This document shows, in pieces, positions 49,303 through 61,523 of a stretch of 64,000 nucleotides of DNA. Source of the stretch: Lepidodermella squamata (taxonomy: Eukaryota; Animalia; Gastrotricha); contig JBLDXI010000007.1 in NCBI GenBank assembly GCA_047495785.1, forward strand, positions 2,604,001-2,668,000, in the 5' to 3' direction. Position 1 is the stretch's first letter. Every line of letters starts with the position of its first letter. Position numbers and translations under genes: made by a program. The notes beneath the pieces were generated by a model. It was not told where the DNA came from. It saw only the letters and a program-made list of their open reading frames with translations, and did no database searches.

Positions 49303-51182
49303 TCAATAGTCCTTCAAAGACAGAGGTTTAGGCAAGGCGATGAATATAACGCAAGGGGTGACTACAATAGCAAGGACGTAGAGAAGCATGCTGAAGCCGC
49401 GGCTGAAGAAGAAAGCAATTGTGGTCCATTGCTGCTCAATAGATTCGTTCTCGTCGCTTTTTTCCTCAACGCTGGTCTTCGTCTTTTCTTTGCCCATCGT
49501 TGTCGAGTCTTTTTCAACAGTTTCAGCATTTGCCTCTAAAGCAGGTCCATCGTCAATGTCTGATTTCGGCTTCACCATTATTGTATTCTCTCTGCAGGGT
49601 TCGACCTTGGATTTTCTATCCAAACACGTGAGTGCTGTAATGATCCAGCTCGGTGGTTTCCTCTGTACTCAAAATGAATTATGCTGAAAAGTTAGGCAAA
49701 CTTTGAGGCCTACCTTTTTCTGTTTACCCATGCTCAAAGCCCAAAAAACCATTCCTTGCCCGCCAATTACAATCAAGCAGATGAAGATCATGTTGGCATA
49801 GACGTATATTGAAATTATCGGCACCTGAAGGCTTGATTTCGGTATATCCCCCATAATCATCGAGTTGAACACGCTATAGGCTAGAAGGCAAGTGAAAGCA
49901 AATCCAAACTTCCCGACAGCATCAATCTAAACCAATTTTTTGGGTAAAGTGACGAGAAACTGTTGAAGGAACTTACAGGTAGGGCGTAAACTACGAATTC
50001 AATGGCAGCTATAATAACACCTGGGGCTACTATGTTTATCATATAGTACAGCGGGCGTCTCCGAAGCCGAAATTTGAACAACACGACATTGTAGGACGAT
50101 CCGTAATCTGGCTTTGTCAACCTAGCGTAGGTGTTGTCCAAGACTTCCCACAGAGGGTGGTCGACCCATTCATCTTCATCGGTTTTGAATTCGAATGGCG
50201 GCGTGCCATCTTCAACGAACACATCCATCTTCAGTTGATCGACGTCATAACTTTTGGATTGGATGTATATCGAGCATAGCTGTTCGTCAAACGGGTAGTA
50301 GCGGAGATGCAGGACACATTTTATTGAAAATTCCCCGCTAGCATAGTAGTTGACCACACCGTCGTCATAAAGAACTGCCATGTTCGTTGAAGGGTCCAGA
50401 AACTTCTTCGCACTCCCATCTCTGAAACAAACGCCTGAAATTTAGGAAAATGGTAATAATTTAAACACAAACGGAGCATTGGTGATAGCAAAACTGGGTG
50501 TCCAAATAGACTTCGCAGGAATCGTGATTCTTTCAATACAGTAATCCGGATAGTCTTTCCAATCCAGAAATTCGTCAACCCAAGACTGAAAATATTCAAA
50601 ATTAGTTAACACAAGTGGAAATTACGGTGCAAAGGTACTTACAGCGAAGAAATTGCCAGTTGCAGAAAGTTGGTTTTCCTGAACATTCTGCTCAAAAACA
50701 TTAGTATTTAGTATATTCCATCATATTTATTCTGAACTTACGAAGTCCAAAATAGAGTATATGGCTAAGCTGACATTGACCATGATTGGTATAGATGCAT
50801 TGTCCAACGGCCTGAAGTTCGGGGAGTAATTTTTTGAGACCTTCTTGAACAATTCTGTTTCCGTTATCATATTGTCTATAGAGAGGAACTGATGTAAGAC
50901 GAGGAATGATGTGAAAAATCTTTACTCGCCTGACTCGGTTAAGCAATCATCTTCTTCATTAGGCTCTGCTGTAGTGCTGGCTAGTCGCTTTCTATTATGA
51001 TCTCTGTTCCTCCGCCTGTGCGAGCTTCTCATTGTCGAATTCAATTCCACGCCCTTGGTACTGGCCACCAATGCGGCTGGAGTTGGGTCTTGATAATCGG
51101 CGTCATTATAGTCAGTAGTTTCAGCCAAGGAAAAGCCCGAAGGTACGGCGATGAGAATAGATAGAGCTAATATCGCGTTCAT
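49303..51182 (-). CDS. Cys-loop ligand-gated ion channel subunit, nAChR-like non-alpha (B)
   Basis: Cys-loop CVLHLRYYPFDEQLC; tandem paralog of A with the same exon pattern. Confidence 0.9.
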
Positions 51183-51392
51183 GACTGCTTATTAAAATGC
51201 TCACAGACCACTCGGCTGATACTTGAAGCTAACCTCGAATCAATATGCATAGACAATGTGATGTCGATTGGCAAATCAATTGTCAGCCGTAGCTATGGAT
51301 GCGCCCTTATCAAAAATGTATGATAAGCTGGGTAGCCAAGTCACAAGCTACATCACTCAATTTTCCGGTATCGAAACTAAGCTAAATCCAAT

Positions 51393-53075
51393 ATGTTCCG
51401 AATTCTTCTTGCGCTGACTCTTGTAGCAGTGATTTCTGCCAACGACAATTGTGATAGATCTGCTGAAGACGACGAATGCGTCGGAATTAGTAACATAATA
51501 TTCTAACTAAAATCCGTATTAGCTATTTATTTACTTTCAGCTTTTAGCGAGAAACAATTGTATGACGAGATTTCGTCAGGCTACAACCGAAATCATCGGC
51601 CGCGAAGAAACGCCTCTCACTCGATAGATGTCCAACTCCGATTCATTATCGACGGAATTTCCGACTTCGTAAGCCCAAACAATTATCCTAGTTCTCAGGT
51701 TGAATATAGGGATTCTTCAGGTAGAAAAGGACAATCTTCTAAAGCTCAATGCTAGGGTGAAGCTAGTAAGTCCTAAACCATAATGCTCGGGGTGTTTGAT
51801 TATGTTTTGATTAATCAGACCTGGAACGATGATTTCTTAATTTGGAATGAGACCGAAAAATGGAATTGTAAATGTCAGTTAGTTGCACCAGCCAGTCTGG
51901 TTTGGCTGCCCTCCATCCAAGTTGCAAATTCACCGTAAGATATCTACTTTTCCATTACTTGCTGCTGTTTGAGTTTTTCACTTTCAGTGATGCTGGCAAG
52001 AGTCTACTGGATCTTGAAAACCAGAAAGTGTTCATCTACGACGATGGATCTGTGTTCATCACGTCCAGCGGTGTTTTGAATGTCAAATGCAAGGTTGACC
52101 TAGAGTTCTACCCTTACGACTTTCAAGTATGGCTGAAAGCTGATTTTACAACGTTAGTCATAGTTTTGATTCCAGCGATGCAGCGTCATATTCAAAAGCC
52201 CGTATTACGAGTCTGAGCAAATGAATCTTATTCCTTACGATCCAAAAACAAACCCGGTCGAGACTGAAGGTTACGTTTTCGAGGTCGATACTACAGTCAG
52301 GCATGGCATTTGGCAGGTTGTAGGAGAGGAGGACACTTTCCAGGAATTTTCAAAGACGAATGTCGTAAGTTTGAATGCTGAGTTGTCTGAAATGAATTAC
52401 GGCCTCATTTAAATTCAGCTAACCTTCGAACTCGTTTTGGCAAGACGTCGCCTGTACTACGACATCAATATCATTACTCCTAGCGTGATTTTATCTACCG
52501 TCGTATTGGTGGTCTACGTCCTTCCGATAAATGAGGTCGCCAAAATCAGCATAGGCTTCACCATTCTTTTGGCTTACACCATTTTCCAAAACATGGTCGT
52601 AGGGGATATTCCAAGGTCTAGCCAAGGATTTCCAATGGTCAGCCGCTACATTGTCTCGCAGCGGGTGTACATCGCCGCGATCCTTTTAGGTGGCCAGGGC
52701 ATGGTCTTCTACTGCCTCAGTATTGCGGAGATGAGCTCGAAAAAGCGCGACCGAACTATTGGAAAGAAAGCTTATCGTGTAATTGAAATTGCCTGCAAGA
52801 TTCTGTTGATTCCAAGTGTTCGTCGCCTCAAATCTGCCAAGTGCAATGAGAAGGATGAGTCGAAGCGAGAGGGCGATCCTGAGGGCGATCTCGGAGCTTT
52901 CGACCAATGGAACCAGGTTGCGATGTTGGTTGAGCGCGTGTCGATGATTTTCTATATTTTGGCCATTATCATCACGCCTGTGGTCATTACACGATACAAT
53001 ATCCAATACGTACCCGATGACAATGACAGCCAGCGAATCAAAGGCGAATCTTCTGATTATGATTACGAAGGCTGA
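51393..53075 (+). CDS. Cys-loop ligand-gated ion channel subunit, divergent (C), head-to-head with B
   Basis: Signal MFRILLALTLVAVISA; GYNRNHRP; WND.FL.W; CKVDLEFYPYDFQ|RC; RRRLYYDINII; M1-M4. Confidence 0.85.
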
Positions 53076-54346
53076 ATAAGGGATAAAACATTACAACTAA
53101 GGTCCCGTACTATTATTTTTTTGGTTTTTAGAAATTTATTTCAGCCCATTTTTCGGAGAAATAGGGAGACAAGAATTTAAAGCACAAAGAACCTCGTGTA
53201 AGAACAATTTCACAATTATTGTCCACTTCGAAAAATGATGCGTTGTTACAGTTGGAGAGTTGATACTTTCATGTAATAAAATAATTAGCTTGAATGGTAA
53301 TCGTATTTCTAATCGGTTCTAAAAGGTGAAAGCCGAAACTGTGAAATTTGAACTAAATTGCGAAATGTGATGACGTTTACAGGAGAATTATATTGAACTC
53401 GGCGAAATTCATGAAACCGGACAATTTGAATTCAATTCGAGGCCGATTTGAAGAACCTGGCCAGCTTCCGCAATTTTCAGAGCTTTTATTAGGATACGAA
53501 CGAAATCTCTTGGCTAATTTCATAATATAGCTGGAATTCATGATGGAAGCTGAATTTAATTCTGCACCGTAAAAAACTTCAAACCGGTTTTAAATTAACG
53601 ATTAACGATTATTTATTAAGGGTACTCCTGTCAGCGGAACCAAATATGCTGTATCGGAATAAAATGTTGGACTTTTCTAGTGGCCTGAAATCGCTTTTGG
53701 AATATTTATTGCAGGTCAAGATTGGCTACAAAAATTCTAGAAAATCATCAGTGAATTCGGCGCAATATTCTCTATAATACGGAGTGTTCAAATCAGAATT
53801 CATGCTTAGCCCAAAATTAGTAGAAATATTAATAAAATGACTCGTCTCGCAACCGCGTGCCATCTATGTCACTTGTCTATGAACTGTTCTGTTCGACAGG
53901 CGGGATATTATTTCATTGTATTGTTCTTTTATGTTGATGACTAATGGACAAATAAATTTGAATTTAGAATTTAGACTCTTGGCACATTTCGAATTTGGTT
54001 CCGAGAGAGAAAGAGAGATACCGATTTATTGGTGGTCTTATTAATTCATTTTCATTGTTTACAATGAAGAGCTATTTTCATCACTTTTTACCTTAACCAC
54101 CTAACATTCTCTCAGAGATGACAAACTGACTATAGAAATTATTATCAATTATTTGAAGCACCGGTTTTCGATCTGATTCTCCAACAAGTCTCAGGCGACA
54201 TTGAACACCGTTTTAAAAATCAGGTTTTTATTGTTGACAGTATAACACGTGCGCGAGTAGTGCGCACACCGAAGTGCGCGCCGCAATGTATATCAATAAC
54301 CAGCCCTTCCATATTGTTCAATTGCTGAACTAAAATTGCACTGTAA

Positions 54347-55007
54347 ATGGTAGGTCTTTTCCAAGCTAACGTGCAATTTTCTGCATTTTCTTCTCCATTT
54401 TGTCGCAGTATTATAAGAAATTGATTCTCGCCCGATGGTTGGCGGAAACGTCGGGAAAAAATTGCGATAAAGAGAACAAAGAATCAGATGCAGCAGATTC
54501 GGCGGCCGATCATGGAAATCTCAACCATCCAACATTGCCACTCAAGTCTATTCTGAAGGAAACGAAGAAAGTCACGACGAACGTTCTGAAATCTGCAGAT
54601 AATGAACCTGTGAAGAAGAAAGCCCGGCAGGCTATTAGGCCCAAAGTGAAAGCTGATCGCGAACGGCCATCATCGCTGCTTAAAGTCAAGGTTATGTTGG
54701 GTATAAGTTCCGCTTATTTTTTTAATTTTTTAATTATTCAGTATCCTGCAAATTTGAGCCGGGCGTGCGAAACTCTTCGCGAGGTAACTTGGCAATTTTT
54801 CCTGTACTTTAGGAAATTATTTCTTTCGTTTTTTAGATATTTTCGTTACATCCTCGACCAAGCCCTGAGTTTTTGGCAAGTCTCTCCGACAACATGAAAA
54901 TCGGCGTCGGCTATTTGAAGCTTTGGTTCCACGAACAGCGAAAATTATCGAATATCCTCCGAAAAAAATTAGTGACAGCACCGAACAATTCTAACCCGAA
55001 TAATTGA
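54347..55007 (+). CDS. Divergent single-homeodomain protein with a basic N-terminus (4 exons, the first being the ATG only)
   Basis: LSRACETLRE|IFSLHPRPSPEFLASLSDNMKIGVGYLKLWFHEQRK; phase-0 GT-AG introns. Confidence 0.7.
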
Positions 55008-55128
55008 TTGAAAATCGTAACTATTTAATTAAATTTATATTTTAGTGATTTTATCGATTTTATCGATTGGCAATTTCCATATTTGAGCGAAGAGTCTTGT
55101 TGTGATTGGATTGGTTTTGTGACGATTA

Positions 55129-56787
55129 ATGGAGCATTCGAAGCAAACAGCTCGTAAGTCGACCGGTGGGAAGCAGCCGCGTAAACAGCTCATTTCCAAG
55201 TCGCCGCGAAAGCCGCCTATCGTTAAGAAGCGCCGCGAAGAAGCGCCGAAACGCACGATCCGGTTCCGCCCTGGCACCGTGGCGCTGCGCGAAATTCGCC
55301 GCTATCAAAAATCGACTGAGCTGCTGATCCGCAAGATGCCGTTTCAGCGCCTCGTGCGACAGGTCCTTCAAGGTGAAATTTTGATTTTTTTAATTATTTA
55401 TGGTCGGCTGATGAGGCGGTTTGCACTGCGTTATGAACCTAATTTAGTTTAATTTCAGGGCAGTATTTGAAATTAATTTTTTCGATTTTATTTCGGAAAA
55501 TTAGGACATCCATCATGGGTCCAAATATTTGCACCGCTAAAAGTTAGGATCCATCAGAAAATTCAAGAGTCCTGGCACGACATTTTTCATATTCTTTGCA
55601 ATTTCGGCGTTTTCGCTTTTTGATGGAAACTGATGCCATCCCTGAGCCTGGGATTTTTTATTTTAGCTACCTGGCGTCCCAAGCTACGCAGACAAAATAT
55701 CGACGTTGGGTTTTAAGATGGCTGATATCGGGAAAATCACTGATCAGTAAAATCGATAGTTGGAATCGATATCGGCTCTATAAGATGAAGTATAATTCGT
55801 AAACTGACCGCTCATAGCGCAAAGTACGCGTGATATGACGGTCTATCGGTTGGGCATGATAACAAAAAATTGAGATTCCTGTGAAGACTAGAAACTCGGA
55901 AACCCGTATTTAGTGCCCGAGTCTCAAATTTAGTGCTAGAACCCTAAATTTAGGGTGCGCATTTAGCAAACGTATAAATATTTCGACTCAATAAGCGCTA
56001 ATTTCTTGACCTATCTTAATTCAATTCCATTCCCAAATTGAAGAAGCTTAATCTTAATCACGATTTTATTCAATCATAAAAGGTCAATCCAAGTTCAATG
56101 AATAATTTAGATTCCTTTTAGTTTTACGTAATCGAATTTCAAAACCCGTCGCAAATCCAACTTGGAGAGGTACCAACAAATGTTTGTTCAACAAATGTTT
56201 CCGCTGTTCAAAAGTTCTGCTGAATTTTAGGGCTAGGAAATTCGATTTTTCGATAATTAATCTGAACGTCTAAATAATTAGGACTCTATTTGTAGGCAAG
56301 TAAATTGTTGGAATTTTGTTCCGCTAAAAGCCGGGTCCTTATCCTAATTAATTAGGCTTCAAAAATGTCTGAGGGCCATTTTTGAACCTATTGGATATTC
56401 GAAAATCGGTTCCGGTTGAAGCGAGACCCGTCCCAATTTTTTTCTACCACAATTTCAGTTCCTTGAAAAGAACCACCCTGTGTTAATTGTTTGCGCGATG
56501 GATACTTTGGATATGGGAACTTAACAATTCAAGTAGACTTCGGCCAGAACTAGAAAAAAAGAGAAGCTATTGAAATTAATGATTTTGTTTTACTTTCAGA
56601 ATTCAAGATCAACTTCCGCATGCAAGCTGCTGCGGTCGAAGCGTTGCAAGAAGCCTCCGAAGCCTACCTCACCGGCCTGTTCGAAGACACGAACCTGTGC
56701 GCAATTCACGGAAAACGCGTGACGATCATGCCGAAAGACATTCAACTGGCTCGTCGCATCCGGGGCGAAACTTACCGCCAACGCTAA
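55129..56787 (+). CDS. Divergent histone H3 variant (exons 55129-55372 and 56600-56787)
   Basis: [34 protein letters not shown] and [30 protein letters not shown]; 1227-bp phase-1 intron; downstream AATAAA. Confidence 0.95.
55633..55857. mobile_element. 225-bp interspersed repeat in the H3 intron (copy of 39516-39740)
   Basis: Direct sequence similarity. Confidence 0.75.
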
Positions 56788-56961
56788 AACAATCGTCATC
56801 TTTCGAAATCGGAGAAAAAGAGAAATTTCATCTCTCAATCACAATTGACGCGCTCAATATGCTGCGAATTTTTCATGAATAATTTATGAATATTTTTTTC
56901 AAATAATATTTTCAAATAAAAATAAAAATTCATTTAAATTTTAGTGCATTTATTTGTTGAA

Positions 56962-58119
56962 ATGAATTGTTTCTACTACTTTCCGGTTTATGTACCTCAA
57001 CTGATTGCGGCACCTGTCAATAATAACCAACAGGTGAGGAACCAATCCATATCTATACCAGCTGCGATTCCTGAACCAAAAGAATTTTCAGTCACAATTC
57101 CCGCGTCTCTCGAGCCTACAAAATTGACAATTAGGCTGGTTAACGATCAAGAATCGAAGGTTCCAGTCTCGAATTATCGATCGAATTCGATTCAGATCAT
57201 TGAAATCGAAGACGAAGATGAAAGACCTGCGAAATCCACCTCGAATTGCGTCGAAATTGCGACCATTATAAGTTCGAATGAAACCTCAAGTTCGACAAAG
57301 GAAAAATCGGCAATCGAAGTCAAATCGGAAGAAATCAGCCACGCTGTGAAAAAATCGATGCTAGAGGAAGGCTTCAAATCAGATCCGTTGATGAATGATC
57401 CGGCGAAAGCGGACCAATTAGCGGAAGATCTGGGGATTTCGAGGAATAAATTGACGGCTTGGTTCGAAAGGAAGCGGGAAAAATACCGGACAAGCCTGAA
57501 CCCTACTCAAGTTCAGCGGTTAACGAAAATCTATGAACAGAAGTCGAATCCAAGCCTTCGTTTCATTCGGAAAATCGCGATGAGGCTTGAAGTCGAAAGC
57601 TTTGTTGTTAGTTTCGAATTAAAATTGAAATTTGAAATTTTACTATAAATTTGTAATTTAAATGAAAATTTGAAATTTGAATTAAAATCTGAAATTAAAA
57701 TTGAAATTAATTTGAATCATCTAAATTTTTAAAATTTTAAAATTCATTTGATTATTTTTTTGAAACAGATAGAAATTTGGTTCAACGAGAAGCGGAATGA
57801 TAAGAACGCAAGATACCTGACTAGGCGGGAAAGTGCTGAATTGTTTGATTTCTATAAGAAATGCCGCGAGCCTACAATAACTCAGATGAGCGATTTGGCT
57901 TTGCGTATGAATTTACCGGCTTTCAAAGTATTCCGCTGGTTTCGATTTAGGAAACAAGGCGACTCCAAGGTCAGATTTATTTAGCCATTTTTGGTTCGAG
58001 TAACGAAATTGTTTTATTTTTTTAAGACTGACGATGAGCAGAACTTGCGAGGCAGCTTGGTTGATGTCAAATCTGAACCTATTGAGAGTCTTTCTTCTAA
58101 TCTGAGTCAGCGTTCATAG
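56962..58119 (+). CDS. Triple-homeodomain protein (3 exons)
   Basis: LAEDLGISRNKLTAWFERKR; LNPTQVQRL..YEQKSNP..|IEIWFNEKR; LTRRE..CREPT..VFRWFRFRK. Confidence 0.8.
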
Positions 58120-59667
58120 CTTCGTTTTAAATAAAGACTCATCGTTTCATTGCTGTATTGTTGTTTTTTTAAGGTTGACATTGTTGAATTCCCCTACTGA
58201 AAAGTTCCAAAATGTTGCAGCACCAGACTTCCCAGGTTTTAGGCTTCCGAGTTTCACTTTATATTCACTGGAATCTGGGTCTCATTTTTTATATCGCGCC
58301 CAACTTAAAAGTCTCCATATTAGGAATGTTTGGCGCCTTCACTTTGAGAGTTGCAGATGCGATATTGATTTCAAGTACCGATTTCACAAGTCACTTATTT
58401 TTCAGTATTAAATCGTGGCTTGGGATCCAACATCAATAGATTTTATTCCTAGCTTTTAGGGCACCATGTAGCTGAAATAAGTCAGCACTAAAGGTCAGCA
58501 CTGGGTTCAAAGTTCGGACAAATAATCAACGCTTTCGCACAGCAACGCTTCCACGTTTGGCCGCGATCAATTCGCCAGCCAAATAAATCGCCGCAATAGA
58601 AAGCTGGAAGCTGGACAGGGTCCAGGATGAAGTTGGTTGTTACCAATCGCTAGTACACCGATTTATCTCTTGGCAGTTGTAGCTTCGATGGAAATTACCT
58701 AGTTTTAAAGATTCCCGATTTCGACATTGCCCTATAGCCATTTGTTCTAAGCTTCACCTGATCGCAAGATTTCTCATGGCCAGGGCCTTCAGCGATCAGG
58801 TTTCTAATCGAAGGTCCATACATGTGGTACCACCAAGTAAAGCAATTAACGGCACCGCGCGACTCGATTACTGAAATTCCGCTGAAACTGTACGTTTCAG
58901 ATGAAACTTCTCAAACTTTTCAACAGAGCCTGGAACAGCTTTCCAACAGGGTATGGTTATCATCCAAATTGACGTAGTAGGCCGAACCCTTAGTTACATC
59001 ACTATCATGTCCGAACAAGGTCCGAACAAGGTCCGAACGTATAGTGGCACGGCCTGTAGCTCGCCGGAAAATGAAAGGCTGGCTGCTGTCGATAAGCCAA
59101 GATCAGCCATCATTTTCGACATCACACGAGATCCCGGAACAGGGCAAAGAGCTGTTATTTAGCGTTTTCAGCGTCATAAATGGCAAAACGGCAAACTCCA
59201 TCCAAATGCGCTATTCTTTTCACAAGAAAATACATCAAAATTGAGGGTAAATCAAATAAAGTCGACTGGAATAGGGCGGAACCTAATTAGCTGCAGCGGA
59301 ACAAAACTCGAAATATATGCAAAGAGTCACTGATCGAATTATTTCAGAAATTTGAGGCAAAGCATGAATTCAGAATTGAGCTCCACGAAATTCACTTTGA
59401 ATTCAATGTTCAATGGCTATTTATTTCGAATTACATTGGTCAGCCGTTGAAAGTTCCGAAAAGGGGTTTTAGGTCCATTAAAAATTCCGAAGTTAGGTCC
59501 CGCTCATCCTAATTATTGCTGTATGAAGAGCAAACTACTACAATTTGCTCCATGCTGCCGGGCCTCAACCGCGCAGCTCCCTTTATTCTTTCATTTTCCG
59601 TCACGTATTCGATAAAATTAAAATTGGTTTCGAATTTACATCACCGACTCAAAAAACATATTTCCCA

Positions 59668-61399
59668 TCAATCTAACACGATCACACTGGATGACGTAGA
59701 AGTGAAACTCATCGACAGCGTCATTTCCGATATTGAGCTACTTCTGGTATTAGCTGGACACGTCGTCGGCTCGTAGGCTGTAACCGAAGATGACGAAGAT
59801 GAAGCGTCGGAATCTTGCCAAGTCGCGACCACGGCTTGGTAAGCCCTGTCGACAGCCGTCCTCGCGTCTCGGATCATACACGACCTCTCACAGTCGTCAC
59901 ATCGCCATGGAAACTTGTCTTTGATCCATGGGTTTATGCATCCCCTTGAAAGTACATTGAATATGTTAAAAAAAATAGAAAATTAATCACAGTCATTCAA
60001 ATTTAAATTGTAAATTCAAATGATAAATTTAAATGAATTTATTTATAACGCTCTGCGACATTTGAGGCAACGACAACTGAGCAAAATATCTGTAACTTGC
60101 CTGTGAATTGCGCCAGCAGCTCCGCAAACCGAGCACGGTAAAACATCCCATTTTCCGTTAATACTGGGCTTGGAATATTCTCGGCCTTTGCGGCACTTGC
60201 ACTCGCTCGCATGGCAGGACATAAAGCCGTTGTCTTGCTCGCTAAATGACCCGTCCATCTCCCAGTTGGCATCTTTCACCGGCAGCTCAATGCCGAGCCA
60301 TTTCAGTTCATCGGCGAAGCCTTCTTTACGACAATTCGGGCAACTAAAGTGATACGCACCGGCTGAATGGGCCCAACGCTGTTAAAAAGAAACATTAAAT
60401 AAATTAATCGGAAATGGATAATAAATTCAAATAATTTAATTTAAATAATTAATTTATTTTACTTGAAAATATTAATTAATTGAGTCGTTTTATTAATGTT
60501 GAGGCCCGAGTCTGATTCGGCCCGTACACGCTTCGGCTGGCCCGTGCGCAGGCGGATAACATTGATTTGCCGCTCCGCGCTTGGGCCGGTCTGAAACGTG
60601 CCCATATCGGCATGGTGTTGGCCCGAGCACCGCGAAAAACTCAGCGCCGCACTCGGGCCGCCGGGCTCGGACCTCTGGAATCTGGCCGCCGGGCTTGGGT
60701 AATCCTACAACTAACACCCTTCCCGATAATTGTATCAAGTGCCGACCCAAGCCCGGCGGCCCGACTACATAATAATTATTTGAAAAATATTAATTAATCA
60801 AAGATCAACATGTAGATAATTACTTGGAGACATGTCCGATGGAACCACCGCCGGCAGAGGGGGCAATATATTTGAGCGAATCCAACTCTTTCGACCACTT
60901 GATCCATGCAAATCATGCACTCTGATGACTTCTCTGCCGCCGAACCGTTGTCCAACTCTGCTTGCTTTCGGTGGTGAATAGGGCAGAATGACTTGAAGTC
61001 ATTGAACACGAACATCACATTATTTTCGACACCACAAGGCACATGGTACCGCTGTAGAAATTTTCGAATATTTAATCGAATTTTGAGCAGATTCCGAAAA
61101 ATTACCTGATCGCAATTTGGTTCGTAACATTTAGCACCGGCATTTTTCTCGCCGCAGAAAACGCACGAGATACGAGCGGAACGTCTCGCCTCGCGTTTAA
61201 TGGCCTCGCTTTTAAAATAGAAGAGGCAAGTCGTGCCGCCCTTGCCGTCCGAATCGCATTCGTCCTGTTGTAGCAGATCGCTGCCGAAATACAAGCAGTT
61301 GCGATGAGATTTCACGCCGTCTGGCCGCGAGAATACGTCGCCAATCAGAGGATTGTCGACGTTCGGGCCTTTAGAACACAACATGCAAATAAGGGCCAT
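59668..61399 (-). CDS. PHF7/G2E3-family protein (extended PHD, RING and PHD; no HECT domain), 4 exons
   Basis: CxxC...HRNCLYFGS.L.Q; IKREARR; C.FC...GAKC; YHVPC; SFCPIH; WFHRTCLQ; SAGAYHFSCPNC; GI.LP.KDANWE; C.A..C.C..GR. Confidence 0.9.
60496..60770. mobile_element. GC-rich GGCCCG-repeat insertion in an AT-rich intron, probable MITE
   Basis: Sharp composition boundaries, ATGT...ACAT ends and repeated GGCCCG/CGGGCC. Confidence 0.5.
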
Positions 61400-61523
61400 A
61401 TCGCGGCCCGGTTTTGCCTAACAGAAAATTGAGGATGCCAATGTGAAAAGAGACTCTAGATTCGTTATAACTTTATAAAAAATTGAAAATTCAGCTGTCA
61501 CAGAGCAACATTGTTGATATCTT

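Noticed and set aside
55129-56787. Assignment as CENP-A/cenH3
   Set aside because: The tail still aligns to canonical H3, loop 1 is not extended, and Q68 and T107 are retained; not strictly excluded.
58175-59250. Coding-like stretch with short ORFs on both strands
   Set aside because: No consistent frame or recognisable motif; possibly a decayed gene, and would need BLASTX.
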